This document shows, one piece after another, positions 19,480 to 30,160 of a stretch of DNA of 64,000 bases; the first letter of the stretch is position 1, and the number at the start of each line of letters is the position of its first letter. A program made the position numbers and the translations under genes. The notes below the pieces were generated by a model, which did no database searches, had not been told where the DNA came from, and was given only the letters and a program-made list of their open reading frames with translations. Source of the DNA: Desulfobacterales bacterium (GTDB taxonomy: Bacteria; Desulfobacterota; Desulfobacteria; Desulfobacterales; UBA5852); contig CAXXEA010000003.1 of assembly GCA_963674885.2 (NCBI GenBank), positions 3,854,984 through 3,918,983 on the forward strand. Direction: 5' to 3'.

Positions 19480-19603
19480 GCCATTTTCCCCAAGTGCATC
19501 CAGCTCTTAACCGCCTCCGGTGGTCTATAATAAAGTGGCTATGGCCTCTCAAGTTGTTCAGACAAAAAAGTCCTATTCCTCATTGCAGGGATGCCGCTGG
19601 TTG

Positions 19604-20596
19604 TTAGCGGGCTCGCTTTTCCCGGGTTTTCAAGGCTGCCAGCCAGCCCTGCTCTATATCATATTGAGGACGGAAAGATAATTGGCGACATAATTTATCA
19701 CCGCTGGCCGCAACGTCTTCCACGACCTTGTCAACCAGAAGGCGCAATCTTGGCGTTGGCAGCCGCAATGTTTCGGTGAGGTGGTCCGCCAGCGCCGCAA
19801 TCTTCTGCACCGGGCGACGAGGCAATCGCAATAGCGGTGGCTTTTTCCCTAAAGCCTGGGTAATCGCTATCATTACTTCGTTCAGGGTGTGAATCCTACC
19901 ATCGGTGACATTGAAAATCGAATCCGCCGCAGCAGGATGTTCGGCTGTCAGAATGGCGGCGCGCACCAGATCGTCAATGTAAATCATGGTGCGGCGATTT
20001 TGACCGTTTCCGACCGGCCAGAAGAGACCGCGTTGCAGGGCCTTGACGAGGGTGCGGTAGTTGCCCTGCAGGCGTGGGCCGTAAACCGCAGCAAGCCGCA
20101 ATACCACGACCGACGATCGCGGGTTATCTTTAAAAATTGTGCGAATCCCCTCTTCCGATTGTATTTTCGTTTCGGCGTAAAGCGATTGGGGATTGAGCGG
20201 AGATGTTTCCGTAAAAGGATCAAGGCCTATACTGGGGCCGTAAACACTGATCGTGCTGAAATGCACCATGCGTTTCACCTTGGCCGCGATAGCGGCCTGG
20301 GCGACATTTATTGCCCCGTCGTGGTTGACTCGCCGGTATTCCTGCACCTGATCTGAGGAGGGATCGTTGAGGTGAAGTTTGGCAGCCAGGTGAAAAACGA
20401 TATCCACGCCTTCCATTGCGGGTTGGAGGGACTGCGGAACTGCAACATCTCCGATAGCGCTCTCAACCGATGTTGTAAAAAGTTCCGGAACAAAAGAACG
20501 ACGGACGAGAATCCTGACCTTCCATTCTTTTGCTAACAGCTGATTTACAAGAGCCGGACCTATCATTCCCGTGGCCCCGGTAACGAGTGCGCGCAT
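19604..20596 (-). CDS. NAD-dependent epimerase/dehydratase (extended SDR)
   Basis: 330 aa with VTGATGMIGPALV and the catalytic Y-x-x-x-K motif (YAETK). Confidence 0.85.
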   Translation of the reverse strand: MRALVTGATGMIGPALVNQLLAKEWKVRILVRRSFVPELFTTSVESAIGDVAVPQSLQPAMEGVDIVFHLAAKLHLNDPSSDQVQEYRRVNHDGAINVAQAAIAAKVKRMVHFSTISVYGPSIGLDPFTETSPLNPQSLYAETKIQSEEGIRTIFKDNPRSSVVVLRLAAVYGPRLQGNYRTLVKALQRGLFWPVGNGQNRRTMIYIDDLVRAAILTAEHPAAADSIFNVTDGRIHTLNEVMIAITQALGKKPPLLRLPRRPVQKIAALADHLTETLRLPTPRLRLLVDKVVEDVAASGDKLCRQLSFRPQYDIEQGWLAALKTREKRAR

Positions 20597-20602
20597 GCTG
20601 TT

Positions 20603-21370
20603 CTAACCTCTCGATCGCGGCAGCACGGCCAATTTCCAAAACCCCTTCGACATAAAAAATCGCGCCATGCTGCGAAGATGCCACTGCATGTATTTGAGGT
20701 TGCGATGGCTGTCACCGCGGCCATCGTGTACGGCCTTGGCATCCGGGCATTTAAGAACAGACATGCAGGCCATCTTCAGGCGTGCGCAAATATCGACATC
20801 CTCATAGTACAAGAAATAGCGTTCATCGAAACCTTGGATCATCTCAAAGCAACTCCTGTCAAAAAGCATGAACATTCCGCCAATCCAGTCGGGTTCAAAA
20901 ACCGCTTCGGTCTGATGATAGTCAAGTTCTATCGATCCACCGACGGCCTTTTTAAGGATACTGAAAGGGGTCGGAAAACGGCGGGCGCTGTTTTCTAGCG
21001 TTCCCGCGGGGTTGATAATTCTTGGCCCCACCACGCCATTGCCGTGTTCTTTAAGACATTCGATGAGGGTGTCGAAAGGATTCCCGATGAGACGGATGTC
21101 GGGGTTCAGGACACAGTAATAGTTTCCCCGTGATTGCTTGAATGCGAAATTGTGATTGGCACCAAATCCTTTGGGAGTTTGATTCCGAATGATCTTTAAG
21201 GGAAAACGGTAGCCATGAGGGTCGAAAGGAAGCGATTCATCGGTGTTGAGGGTAAATATGACCTCAACAGACACCTGGTTTCCGAGGGCCGCGATATCGT
21301 CAAGCAACTGGTGGGCAATGGCTGCCTGGCTGTGGACGACAATTGAAATGGATAGCAGATCATCGATCAT
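20603..21370 (-). CDS. Family 2 glycosyltransferase
   Basis: 255 aa with a GT-A-like N-terminus (ISIVVHSQ), the VLNPDI region and the YYEDVDICARL motif. Confidence 0.8.
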   Translation of the reverse strand: MIDDLLSISIVVHSQAAIAHQLLDDIAALGNQVSVEVIFTLNTDESLPFDPHGYRFPLKIIRNQTPKGFGANHNFAFKQSRGNYYCVLNPDIRLIGNPFDTLIECLKEHGNGVVGPRIINPAGTLENSARRFPTPFSILKKAVGGSIELDYHQTEAVFEPDWIGGMFMLFDRSCFEMIQGFDERYFLYYEDVDICARLKMACMSVLKCPDAKAVHDGRGDSHRNLKYMQWHLRSMARFFMSKGFWKLAVLPRSRG

Positions 21371-21385
21371 AGAAGTGTGGGTCGG

Positions 21386-22465
21386 CTAACCAAGGAACTC
21401 TTTGGAGGAAAAAGGTTTGAATATGCCCCGCTCAGGAACAAAATCCATAACGATGGATTCGGATTTACGGAGCCAGAATTCGATGCTCAAAAACTTCAAT
21501 CGGTCAAACAAATAGGTTGAAATATACATACCGATAAGAAGCACTGTCGTGTGCAGTATGCAATCGATGCTGGCGTTGCCCGTCAGCGCCAGCTTCAAGT
21601 TGATGGCAAGACCGAACACCACAAAAAATTGTTGTATGAAATACAGTGTTACCGGATAGATTCCGAACCTTAATATCATCGATAGCGGTTGTTTGTTTGC
21701 GAAATTCTGCTTTTCTAAGAACAATGTCAGACACAAAAGAACGAATATAACCGCATGGGTTGCGGCAATACCATAGGCGTTTGTGCTCAATTCTAACGTG
21801 CGCTCGCAAAACATATAGAAATAGACCAGGTAAGCAATGCTTGCCATAAGTACCATAAGGACTGACCACATGCGATTGTACTGGCCGATCCCCCATTTGC
21901 CGATCAGATACCCGCCAAGAAAGTAAATGCCGAAAGGCCAGATGGGTGTATGACCTTGATCGGGTCGCATACCGGGTAGGAAAAACCAAAAAAGAATCAA
22001 TGCAAAGACCCCCAACAATCTTAAATCGTTCCTTTCGATATAGTTGAATAATCCCGCAAGGGCATAGCACCCCCCGATGAGTTGGAATATATCCCAATCA
22101 ATTCCATAATTCTGGTGAGTGATAATATCAACGCACCAGGCCATCAGAAATAAAACAACCCCGTGGACAATCATGCGGAAAGGACAGCGGTATTTTCTTT
22201 CGTACAACACGATTGCCATTCCCGATACAGCGATGAACATTGGACGGGTGTAGTAGTAACCGATCATATAGAGTTGGTGACCAACAAGCGAATGTTTCAG
22301 TCCGAATACAATCGTTTGATGAGGAATGGTCATCATGATGATGGCAAGTCCTCGAAGGATGTCGAGGGATTTAATGCGGCCTTTGGGAAGGGATTCAGAA
22401 AAGGACGAGATTAGCCATTTTTTGAAAGGGGCGTTTGTATTGGTTGCTTTCGCAGTGGGTGCCAT
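21386..22465 (-). CDS. Integral-membrane acyltransferase-like protein (DUF1624/HGSNAT-like)
   Basis: 359 aa, about 10 TM helices. The N-terminal signature R-x-x-SLDILRGLAIIMMTIPHQ is typical of membrane O/N-acyltransferases. Confidence 0.6.
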   Translation of the reverse strand: MAPTAKATNTNAPFKKWLISSFSESLPKGRIKSLDILRGLAIIMMTIPHQTIVFGLKHSLVGHQLYMIGYYYTRPMFIAVSGMAIVLYERKYRCPFRMIVHGVVLFLMAWCVDIITHQNYGIDWDIFQLIGGCYALAGLFNYIERNDLRLLGVFALILFWFFLPGMRPDQGHTPIWPFGIYFLGGYLIGKWGIGQYNRMWSVLMVLMASIAYLVYFYMFCERTLELSTNAYGIAATHAVIFVLLCLTLFLEKQNFANKQPLSMILRFGIYPVTLYFIQQFFVVFGLAINLKLALTGNASIDCILHTTVLLIGMYISTYLFDRLKFLSIEFWLRKSESIVMDFVPERGIFKPFSSKEFLG

Positions 22466-22526
22466 ATGTTGATTCTATTGCGCTGATGTTTAGGTTGCCG
22501 CGCGGTTTATGCGCGATTAGCGTGAT

Positions 22527-23102
22527 TCATGACTTCAAGAAGACCCCAAAGAGGCAATAAAAAGACAAATGATGGTTCATCCAGTCTGATTTGATAGGGG
22601 TATAAAAGGTCGAAGATTTAACGAAGCCTTTTCCTTGAATGGTATCGGTAAGTTTCTTTTCATCATAAAAAACTTTGTGATCGGCATCACGACGATATCC
22701 TTTTGCTCCAGGGACCCCGATGACCAGCCGCCCACCGTGTTCAATGACTCTGTAAAGCTCATCGATGAGATCATTGGGCGAGAGAATGTGTTCGAGCACG
22801 TTATCCAATACGACCGATTGAAAGGTTTCATTTTCAAATGGCAGACGGCCATCTTCAATCAGCCGAGCATCCAGTCCTTTTTGCCGGCAGTAGGCAACAA
22901 GATACGGGTTAATGTCGGCGCCGATCGTATTGCGGCGGGACTGAAGCATGTCGCCGATACCGCACCCCACGTCAAGGGTCAACCCTTTGAGGTGATAGCA
23001 AAGTCGGGGGTATAAATAGAATTTGCGATACAGCAATGCCCGCCAGCTTCTTTTCGTCAGATAATCAAAGTATTGTTCATGTTCAGCCATTGATGATTCC
23101 AA
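22527..23102 (-). CDS. Class I SAM-dependent methyltransferase
   Basis: 191 aa with motif I (LDVGCGIGDM) and the post-I acidic residue. Overlaps the upstream GT gene by 20 nt. Confidence 0.8.
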   Translation of the reverse strand: MESSMAEHEQYFDYLTKRSWRALLYRKFYLYPRLCYHLKGLTLDVGCGIGDMLQSRRNTIGADINPYLVAYCRQKGLDARLIEDGRLPFENETFQSVVLDNVLEHILSPNDLIDELYRVIEHGGRLVIGVPGAKGYRRDADHKVFYDEKKLTDTIQGKGFVKSSTFYTPIKSDWMNHHLSFYCLFGVFLKS

Positions 23103-24150
23103 GCAATTTTTGGGTATTCACCTTTTGACGATAATTATCAGGCAATAAATTACCACTTTTATTCAAAGGTCTCCTGGACAAGCCGGCCGTTTTGATCATC
23201 AAGTCGCTGAGCTCTTCGTCATTCTGAAACAAATACCCGTTCTCCCCATCAAAAATGAGTTCCACGTTGCCGTCAATATTTCTGACCAGGCATGGTACCC
23301 CTAAAAAAAGCGCCTCTAACACCGAACGCGACACGCCTTCAGTAACGGACGGCAACACCAAACAGTCGGCTTGGGCCATCAGGGTATAAGGGAATTTCAA
23401 GTGGCCATGGAAGGTAAGCACATCCGTGATGTGCAACTGATTGGCTGATCGAGCTAGTTCGGGCATCGATTCGCCGTCCCCGACGATGTCGAGATGAAAG
23501 GCAATTCCTTTATCTTTTAAAACTTTCGAGGCGTTAAAAATCGATTGTACGTTTTTGAGCGCCGTCAGACGGCCGACATAGATGAACCGAAAGGGGCCTT
23601 TCTTCAATGTGGATCGCTTTCGGTATGGATGAAGAAAGTTTTCGTCTATAAAATTCCCCACGATGTGCGGTCGTTTGCCGCAATAGTGCTCGATCTGATC
23701 CGCCATAATGGAGTTCATGGCAATGACGTGGTTGAACCATCTTAGAAACCAAAGGTGAAAGCCACCAACTAAAAAGCCAACTTTCCCGAATGCAAATTGG
23801 TAGTTGATGGGCAGATTGCCCCTCACGTAGCTGATCGTTGTGGCGCTATTGGCACAAAAGAGGTTTGTAAAGTCAGCGGAAAAACACAAGGATAGCGATA
23901 CGTTCTTCCGACCGCTCCCTTCCCTTTTGATCATTCGTCGGTAGGCAATTATTTTTTGAATAAGGAATTTTTGATTAGCCAGTGAAACAATATTGATGGA
24001 GGGTGCGATTGCGGTATCGACGCCGGGTCCGGATTTTATGTACACGATGGTCGTCGGATGATCTCTATAAATGAAATTCGCTAATGCGATAGCGCCTTTT
24101 ATCGGTCCTGTCGGATGCGGTGATGGAAGGAGGATGAATATCTTGCGCAT
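23083..24150 (-). CDS. GT-B (family 4-like) glycosyltransferase
   Basis: 355 aa with the E-x7-E region PSVTEGVSRSVLEALFLGVPCLV. Confidence 0.8.
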   Translation of the reverse strand: MRKIFILLPSPHPTGPIKGAIALANFIYRDHPTTIVYIKSGPGVDTAIAPSINIVSLANQKFLIQKIIAYRRMIKREGSGRKNVSLSLCFSADFTNLFCANSATTISYVRGNLPINYQFAFGKVGFLVGGFHLWFLRWFNHVIAMNSIMADQIEHYCGKRPHIVGNFIDENFLHPYRKRSTLKKGPFRFIYVGRLTALKNVQSIFNASKVLKDKGIAFHLDIVGDGESMPELARSANQLHITDVLTFHGHLKFPYTLMAQADCLVLPSVTEGVSRSVLEALFLGVPCLVRNIDGNVELIFDGENGYLFQNDEELSDLMIKTAGLSRRPLNKSGNLLPDNYRQKVNTQKLLGIING

Positions 24151-24207
24151 TAGGAGAAAAAAACCATTAAAGAATAAAGTTTTTCGGTATCGGCCAAAAT
24201 CGATACA

Positions 24208-25302
24208 TCACACAGATTCAAGCAGATCCTCATATCGTTTGATTACATTCTCGAGCAAGAATTTTTCAGGCAGCAGCGATTCTTTCTGCTCTGAAGCTCC
24301 TAATCGGCAGGCATTAAGCATTTCACGCGCTAATACGTCGGCGGTGCAGGGTTTTACTAAAATCCCCTGCTTAATATTCGTGATGATGTCACGGATACAA
24401 CCAGGGTTGTCAAATGCGATGACAGGCGTCCCTAATGCAAGGGATTCAAGCACGACATTGGGCATCCCCTCGTAACGCGATGATAGAATGAAACGATCCG
24501 CATGATAGAAATAGGGATAAGGGTTATTTACGAAACCATAAAGCGATATAAAATTTGAAAGACCTTTTTGAACAATGAGGTTGTATAATTCATCTTTTAA
24601 AGGGCCATCACCCAGTATTGATAGATGAACATTTAACCGTTCTTTTACGATTAATTCCATAGCATCAATTAGAATATCGAATCCCTTTTGAGAAGTTAAA
24701 GAGCCAACAGCCAAATAATTAAACCTATTTTTATCAAAAGGGTTTTTATATTCGTGTGAGAGTTTTTTTAGAACATTAATATCAACAGGATTCTCTATGT
24801 TTCGTATAATCTTAGGGGGAACACGAAAATTTCTAATTAGATCATCCCTCATAGAATTGCCCAAACAGATGATCCGATCAGCTTTTGAATAAAATTGTTT
24901 TATTAATATATTGAATAGCTTTGGAGATCTTTCACGCCTTAACACAAAAGATGGCAAATTGCTTTCTCGAATAACGACTTTTGTTTTTCTGGGAAAAAGA
25001 GGTTTCAATATAAGAAAGGCGAGATTGAGATGGAATATACTCGTCAATATAATCTCTGGCTTTAGCCTCCAAACGATAGTTAGTATAGGAAAAAAAGAGC
25101 GGCTTACGCGTTTTCGATTCAAAGAAAACAAACTAACATCATTTGGCGTCTTACTGAGAAGAGGACCAGCACTATTAATCAATACTAAAGCAGGTAGAAA
25201 TCTCTTTCTTGAAAGGTTCTCGATAATTGTAAAAATAACTTTTTCGGCCCCGCCACACTGAGAAGACGGCAAAACAAATAAAATTTTTGATTGTTTATTC
25301 AA
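24208..25302 (-). CDS. GT-B (family 4-like) glycosyltransferase, compositionally chimeric
   Basis: 364 aa with the E-x7-E region SSRYEGMPNVVLESLALGTPVIAFD. Base composition switches inside the gene near 24480-24520. Confidence 0.8.
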   Translation of the reverse strand: MNKQSKILFVLPSSQCGGAEKVIFTIIENLSRKRFLPALVLINSAGPLLSKTPNDVSLFSLNRKRVSRSFFPILTIVWRLKPEIILTSIFHLNLAFLILKPLFPRKTKVVIRESNLPSFVLRRERSPKLFNILIKQFYSKADRIICLGNSMRDDLIRNFRVPPKIIRNIENPVDINVLKKLSHEYKNPFDKNRFNYLAVGSLTSQKGFDILIDAMELIVKERLNVHLSILGDGPLKDELYNLIVQKGLSNFISLYGFVNNPYPYFYHADRFILSSRYEGMPNVVLESLALGTPVIAFDNPGCIRDIITNIKQGILVKPCTADVLAREMLNACRLGASEQKESLLPEKFLLENVIKRYEDLLESV

Positions 25303-25369
25303 CAGGTGATTTTCGCATTACAATATTTAAACAGCCAGATTAAAGATAGATCCCTTTAGGATTATTCAA

Positions 25370-26254
25370 TCATCCAAAATATTTTCCAAGTACTTTCAGC
25401 ATAGGCATCTTTTCAATTTCATTTTTCCACCGTTCATCGTAAATGATAGGCCTTTTTTTAAATCTGGTAGGTGTCCCACCTATTGAATGCCCTTTTTTAC
25501 AATCCATATATTTTGAAAAGTAGTAGTTTTCTATGCCTAAGAAGTCAAATATAAGTGATATCGATTCCTTAGGATTTTTAGTTAAATTTTCATATGTAAT
25601 TTCCATTAAATTATGTGGATTTATCATTTTTATCATTCTACAACAAATCAAATTATATACATATGTACTAAAAAAATAGGTAGCTTGCTTATAAATACTG
25701 CTTTGGCATTTATCCCATTTTAATTTGGAAATTGTTACCGCTTTTATATCACGTTTCAAATAAATAAATTTAATTTGAAAACTGGTGTATTTATATATTT
25801 GTAAAGCTTGCCAGGGGCGTTTTGATGAATCGATTATATACTTTGATTTGCTGATAGAAAATATCTTTTCATATAAATTTTCTATATTGTTTAATATGCG
25901 TTTTTTGTAGCTATTTTTTAGTAATTTTTTAATATAGTTGTTTTTTTTTAGTGAAATTAAGTATCGTATCGCAAATCTTTTATTAAATTTCCATTCAATT
26001 AGCGTGTCAAATTTTTTATCAAAATTCATAATATTTCTGTTACTTAGAATTTTCCTCCAGAATTGGCAACATCTCAAGCTGTCGCCACAGGAACAAGAAT
26101 AATTCCAAGAAGCCCCGGTTCCTTGTTCATATAAATATCCTCCGATATTTTGAAGTTCGCCTCCAAAAAAAACATCGGGTGATTTGGATAGCATATCTCC
26201 AAGCAGGGTGGACCCTGATCGAGTATCACAAATGATATATACGATCGTTTTCAT
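25370..26254 (-). CDS. Sulfotransferase-family protein
   Basis: 294 aa. N-terminal PAPS 5'-phosphosulfate-binding-like loop (ICDTRSGSTLLG) and a later IYLKRDIKAVTIS (3'-phosphate-binding-like R-D segment). Confidence 0.65.
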   Translation of the reverse strand: MKTIVYIICDTRSGSTLLGDMLSKSPDVFFGGELQNIGGYLYEQGTGASWNYSCSCGDSLRCCQFWRKILSNRNIMNFDKKFDTLIEWKFNKRFAIRYLISLKKNNYIKKLLKNSYKKRILNNIENLYEKIFSISKSKYIIDSSKRPWQALQIYKYTSFQIKFIYLKRDIKAVTISKLKWDKCQSSIYKQATYFFSTYVYNLICCRMIKMINPHNLMEITYENLTKNPKESISLIFDFLGIENYYFSKYMDCKKGHSIGGTPTRFKKRPIIYDERWKNEIEKMPMLKVLGKYFG

Positions 26255-26322
26255 TTAATTTATTTTTTGTAATTTATGCAATTTGAAAGAAAGAATATTC
26301 CACAAGATCACAAGGCATATTT

Positions 26323-27681
26323 TCACTTTATGAACGGTAAATAACAAAGCGTTTTTCCATAACGCTTTTTCAAAAATAGTAATACCCAAATATTCCATAA
26401 TGCCAAGCTTAGTGTGCTAGACAGGGCAGCTCCGTAAATACCAAATAATTTAATGAAAAATAAATTAAATAAAATATTTAAAATACCAGTGGTAATCATA
26501 ATATTTCGAAAAACAATCTGGTTACCGGTCATATTCATAAAATATCCAGTTGATCCAGAGGTCGAGCTGACAAACTGCCCGATTATTAATACAACCAGCA
26601 CGAAATATGCTTTTGTAAATTCATTTCCAAATGCAATCGAAATCAAGGGTTTTCCAAATATAATCAAGATAAAAATAATTGGCACAGTAACAAAAAAAAT
26701 AAGTTTTGAGGATTTTTGGGCTAGTAAAAACAATTCATCGATGCGTCCATTAGCATAAAGCTCTGAAAATTTTGGAGCAGCCATACTGTTAATAGCATAT
26801 AGAGCAAACACGGTTAATGTTGATAATTTAACAGCGATGGAATAGAATCCAACATCAGCCGCGGTTCTAAATATCCCAAGCAGTATTATACCCGTTTGTG
26901 AAATGATAAAATGAATTGATGTGGTCATCATCATTGGAGAAGAAATAGTTATTATTTGCCGATATGAGATGGGAACAATGATATCGTCAATTTGTATTTT
27001 ATTTTTAAATCCGACAAATACGAATATATATCCAATTAGAGCGGTGAGTACCCATGCCGAAATTTGCGCGTACACTGGATTGGCATTGTTCTGGTAGACT
27101 ATGGTCAGACCAGTGAGAATAAGAAGCATCGATAATGATGGTAAGACCTGCATTACGGCAAATGTCTTGATAAGCCCCAAACCACGGATAGATTGGGTGT
27201 ATAGATCCATCAACGATCTAAATACTACAAACCATGCTGCTATCACAAAAAAGAATGACAACTTGGGTTTGCTATAAATTTCAACGGCAATGTAATCCGA
27301 ACAAACCGCAATTAAGATACTCATGCATATTGAGGCCAATATGACAATGACTTGGGTGTTTCTAAATAGGTTAAATGCTGACGATGCTGAAAATTTTGAT
27401 ATATATTCAGGTATTAATCGTATGATCGAAGTGTTAGTCCCCATCAAAGTAAAAATCGAAAAAATCATAAAACTCGCATTAATGATGGCGAGGACGCCTA
27501 ACATGGTTGCACCATAACAACGTGAAATAATTATGCTTATTATCAATGACGCGAATGTTGCCAAGACTCTTGCAGTTAGCGCCCAGAATGAGCCTTTCAG
27601 AATTTCAGAAAAGTTCTTATCCGACAGCACATCTCTGATTTTCGATTTTAGGATGTCGAGCAGCGAGCCAGATATTTTCAA
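26323..27681 (-). CDS. Wzx-type (MOP superfamily) oligosaccharide flippase
   Basis: 452 aa, about 12-14 TM helices, with size and hydrophobicity typical of polysaccharide flippases. Located between GT genes. Confidence 0.75.
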   Translation of the reverse strand: MKISGSLLDILKSKIRDVLSDKNFSEILKGSFWALTARVLATFASLIISIIISRCYGATMLGVLAIINASFMIFSIFTLMGTNTSIIRLIPEYISKFSASSAFNLFRNTQVIVILASICMSILIAVCSDYIAVEIYSKPKLSFFFVIAAWFVVFRSLMDLYTQSIRGLGLIKTFAVMQVLPSLSMLLILTGLTIVYQNNANPVYAQISAWVLTALIGYIFVFVGFKNKIQIDDIIVPISYRQIITISSPMMMTTSIHFIISQTGIILLGIFRTAADVGFYSIAVKLSTLTVFALYAINSMAAPKFSELYANGRIDELFLLAQKSSKLIFFVTVPIIFILIIFGKPLISIAFGNEFTKAYFVLVVLIIGQFVSSTSGSTGYFMNMTGNQIVFRNIMITTGILNILFNLFFIKLFGIYGAALSSTLSLALWNIWVLLFLKKRYGKTLCYLPFIK

Positions 27682-27682
27682 G

Positions 27683-28867
27683 TTAACAACAACCGTTATT
27701 ATTAAAAATAATATTTTTAGCGCGTATATTCCATGTGTAGTTATTTAGAAATTTATTTGCTGCATTTATTCCTAGTATCCTTCTTTTCTCCTCATTTTTC
27801 ATGGATTCGATCGCTTTAATCCAGTGATCAACTTTAGTTGAATTGACTAACATAGCGTTTTCTTGATCAATAATTTCATGCAATACGTCCATATCGGATG
27901 CAATTATCGCTTTGCCACAGGCCATATATTCAAAAATTTTTAGAGGAGACATAATATCAGCAGTATTGCCTTCGTTACCGTATATGCAGACGGTACTTTG
28001 ATAAGGTGCTATCAAAACGTCACAGCTATTAAGATAGAGATAGATCATTGAATGTGGTACACGGCCATGGCAATAAAGATTTTGGGGAATAATTCGTTTT
28101 AAGTGGCTTTCGACTTTACGCTTATTTGCACCAATAATATGAAAGTCTACATCTTCCATCCTGCGTGCGATTTTATCAATCACACCAATGCCGCGTCCTC
28201 TATAGACACTCCCAGCATATCCCACTTGAAGGCAGCCTATTCGTCCCTTCCAAGGCTTAATAGTTTGTGAACCGCCTATTATAGGGTCTGCTCCATCAGG
28301 CGCTACAATAATTTTATTATCTGGTACATTATATTTTTCTTGAAATAATTTTTTAAGTGTTTTTGAAATGACGACGATTTTTACAAAATTTGGGTTGCGG
28401 ATCATTTTTTTTACTAAAATATGTTCTGCATGTCTTTTCCATACCTTGGTATGCGCTTCATAAATCGTAGGGATTCCCATATGACATGCAATGTAACAGC
28501 CTGGAGCATACCTTCCGTATACAAGCCCGGGTTTCGTTTTCTTTAAATAGCGAGCTATTGATAGGCAATAGTTGGCGGTAGAAATCTTGTTCATAAAAAA
28601 ATTATTTTTATATGTAATTGAAGAAATTTTCTTCAACTTGAAAATTGGAGATATACCATATTCATCAAAGATTGAGTTGTCACAAGATTCCGAATGGCCT
28701 CGCAAGTAAGGGGCGATAAGTTCTGTGTCAAATCCAATTTTCACAAAAGCTTGGCACATCTTCATGATATGGATACTATTGGCTGAATGGGATGGTATCA
28801 TTGCTCTTGATATGTATATGAGCTTATTCCCATTACTATGTAAAAATTTTTCATGAAAATTCGTCAT
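27683..28867 (-). CDS. GT-B glycosyltransferase
   Basis: 394 aa with the C-terminal donor-binding region SPLKIFEYMACGKAIIASD. Confidence 0.7.
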   Translation of the reverse strand: MTNFHEKFLHSNGNKLIYISRAMIPSHSANSIHIMKMCQAFVKIGFDTELIAPYLRGHSESCDNSIFDEYGISPIFKLKKISSITYKNNFFMNKISTANYCLSIARYLKKTKPGLVYGRYAPGCYIACHMGIPTIYEAHTKVWKRHAEHILVKKMIRNPNFVKIVVISKTLKKLFQEKYNVPDNKIIVAPDGADPIIGGSQTIKPWKGRIGCLQVGYAGSVYRGRGIGVIDKIARRMEDVDFHIIGANKRKVESHLKRIIPQNLYCHGRVPHSMIYLYLNSCDVLIAPYQSTVCIYGNEGNTADIMSPLKIFEYMACGKAIIASDMDVLHEIIDQENAMLVNSTKVDHWIKAIESMKNEEKRRILGINAANKFLNNYTWNIRAKNIIFNNNGCC

Positions 28868-28893
28868 TGAGCTAATTTCTTTCTAATTTCTTG

Positions 28894-30123
28894 TCATTTT
28901 TGAGCACCGTATAATGTTCGAATGAGTTCTCCAGCTTGAAATTCGACACTATATTTATCCATTATCTTTGAATTATCAGTTTTCGATTTTATATTTTTAA
29001 TATAAGCTAAAGCTTTTCTGCATTTTTCAATAGAATCAACCCAATACCATCCCTCAGCTCTTTCAACAATTGATTTTATTTCTCCATGTTTTGAAGATAT
29101 TGCGATTCCAGGCTTGCCACTTACTAACAATCCCAGCAATTTTCCCGTCACAGTGCCAGCCCTATAATCTAATTTTGTTCCGACAGCTTCTAAAACTATA
29201 ACACCTATCGAATCAGCGATTTCCTTTTTAACATTTTCAATATTTGTAGCTGGTAGAATTTCAATATTTATGTATTTCTTTTCTTCATCTACGATGCTTT
29301 TTAATTCTTTATTTGTAAAATCATTAAGTAAACGTATTTTTAAAGAAATATTATCAAAATATTTTAGTGAATTAAGAAGTATTTTGAATGCATCTATTTG
29401 ATGAGAATAAATGCTTCCAGCATAGTATAGATATGGTTCTTTAGATTTTTGTTCATATTTAAAATTTTTTAATATATCGGATTCTGACCATCCATTATAA
29501 ATTGGTATAAAAGATAGATCGTACACCTTTTCTAGATATCTTGCCAGCGTCTTACTAACGGTTAATCTAAAAAGTGCTTGTGAAAGTAATAATCTTTCAA
29601 TTTTTCTACTAGTTGTTTTTGCAATTGAGCACGCATTTCGATCTCTTGATTCGAAACTATCCCTTATATCAATTATTAAATGCTTTTTGAATCGCTTTGA
29701 TAAAAGTATACCTAACAACAAAGGGCCTATAGGTCCGTAGCTGGCAATAATTTGATCACAATTAGAAGCTAACGACCGAATTTTAGGTTGCGAGAAAAAT
29801 ATATCTAACCATTGCAAAGCTAATTTGTTAGCTAAAATCGGTGGAAGCAAAGGCGAAATTTTTAATTTCTTAAGTCTTTTTGATATATTTTTTGTAGTTG
29901 AATTGGCTGTGGTGAATTCACTTGGAATTTTTGGTGATAAGATAGGTATTCTAATAATTTTTTCGTCCGAGGGGCCTAAGGTTTCTTCATATTTACAACA
30001 GCTTGTAGAAATGATGCGGCATTCTATACTATTATTTTTTAACTCACTAACGAGATTCCCCCAACGTCTTGCTGAAACTTTTAAATCTGGTGGATATCGA
30101 TTACTAATTAACAAAATTTTCAT
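28894..30123 (-). CDS. GT-B-like glycosyltransferase
   Basis: 409 aa with a GT4-type N-terminus (MKILLISNRYPP) and the C-terminal segment GKLLGLLVSGKPGIAIS. Confidence 0.55.
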   Translation of the reverse strand: MKILLISNRYPPDLKVSARRWGNLVSELKNNSIECRIISTSCCKYEETLGPSDEKIIRIPILSPKIPSEFTTANSTTKNISKRLKKLKISPLLPPILANKLALQWLDIFFSQPKIRSLASNCDQIIASYGPIGPLLLGILLSKRFKKHLIIDIRDSFESRDRNACSIAKTTSRKIERLLLSQALFRLTVSKTLARYLEKVYDLSFIPIYNGWSESDILKNFKYEQKSKEPYLYYAGSIYSHQIDAFKILLNSLKYFDNISLKIRLLNDFTNKELKSIVDEEKKYINIEILPATNIENVKKEIADSIGVIVLEAVGTKLDYRAGTVTGKLLGLLVSGKPGIAISSKHGEIKSIVERAEGWYWVDSIEKCRKALAYIKNIKSKTDNSKIMDKYSVEFQAGELIRTLYGAQK

Positions 30124-30160
30124 AAAATTATAGTATTAATGCAGATTAATTATATTTTAT

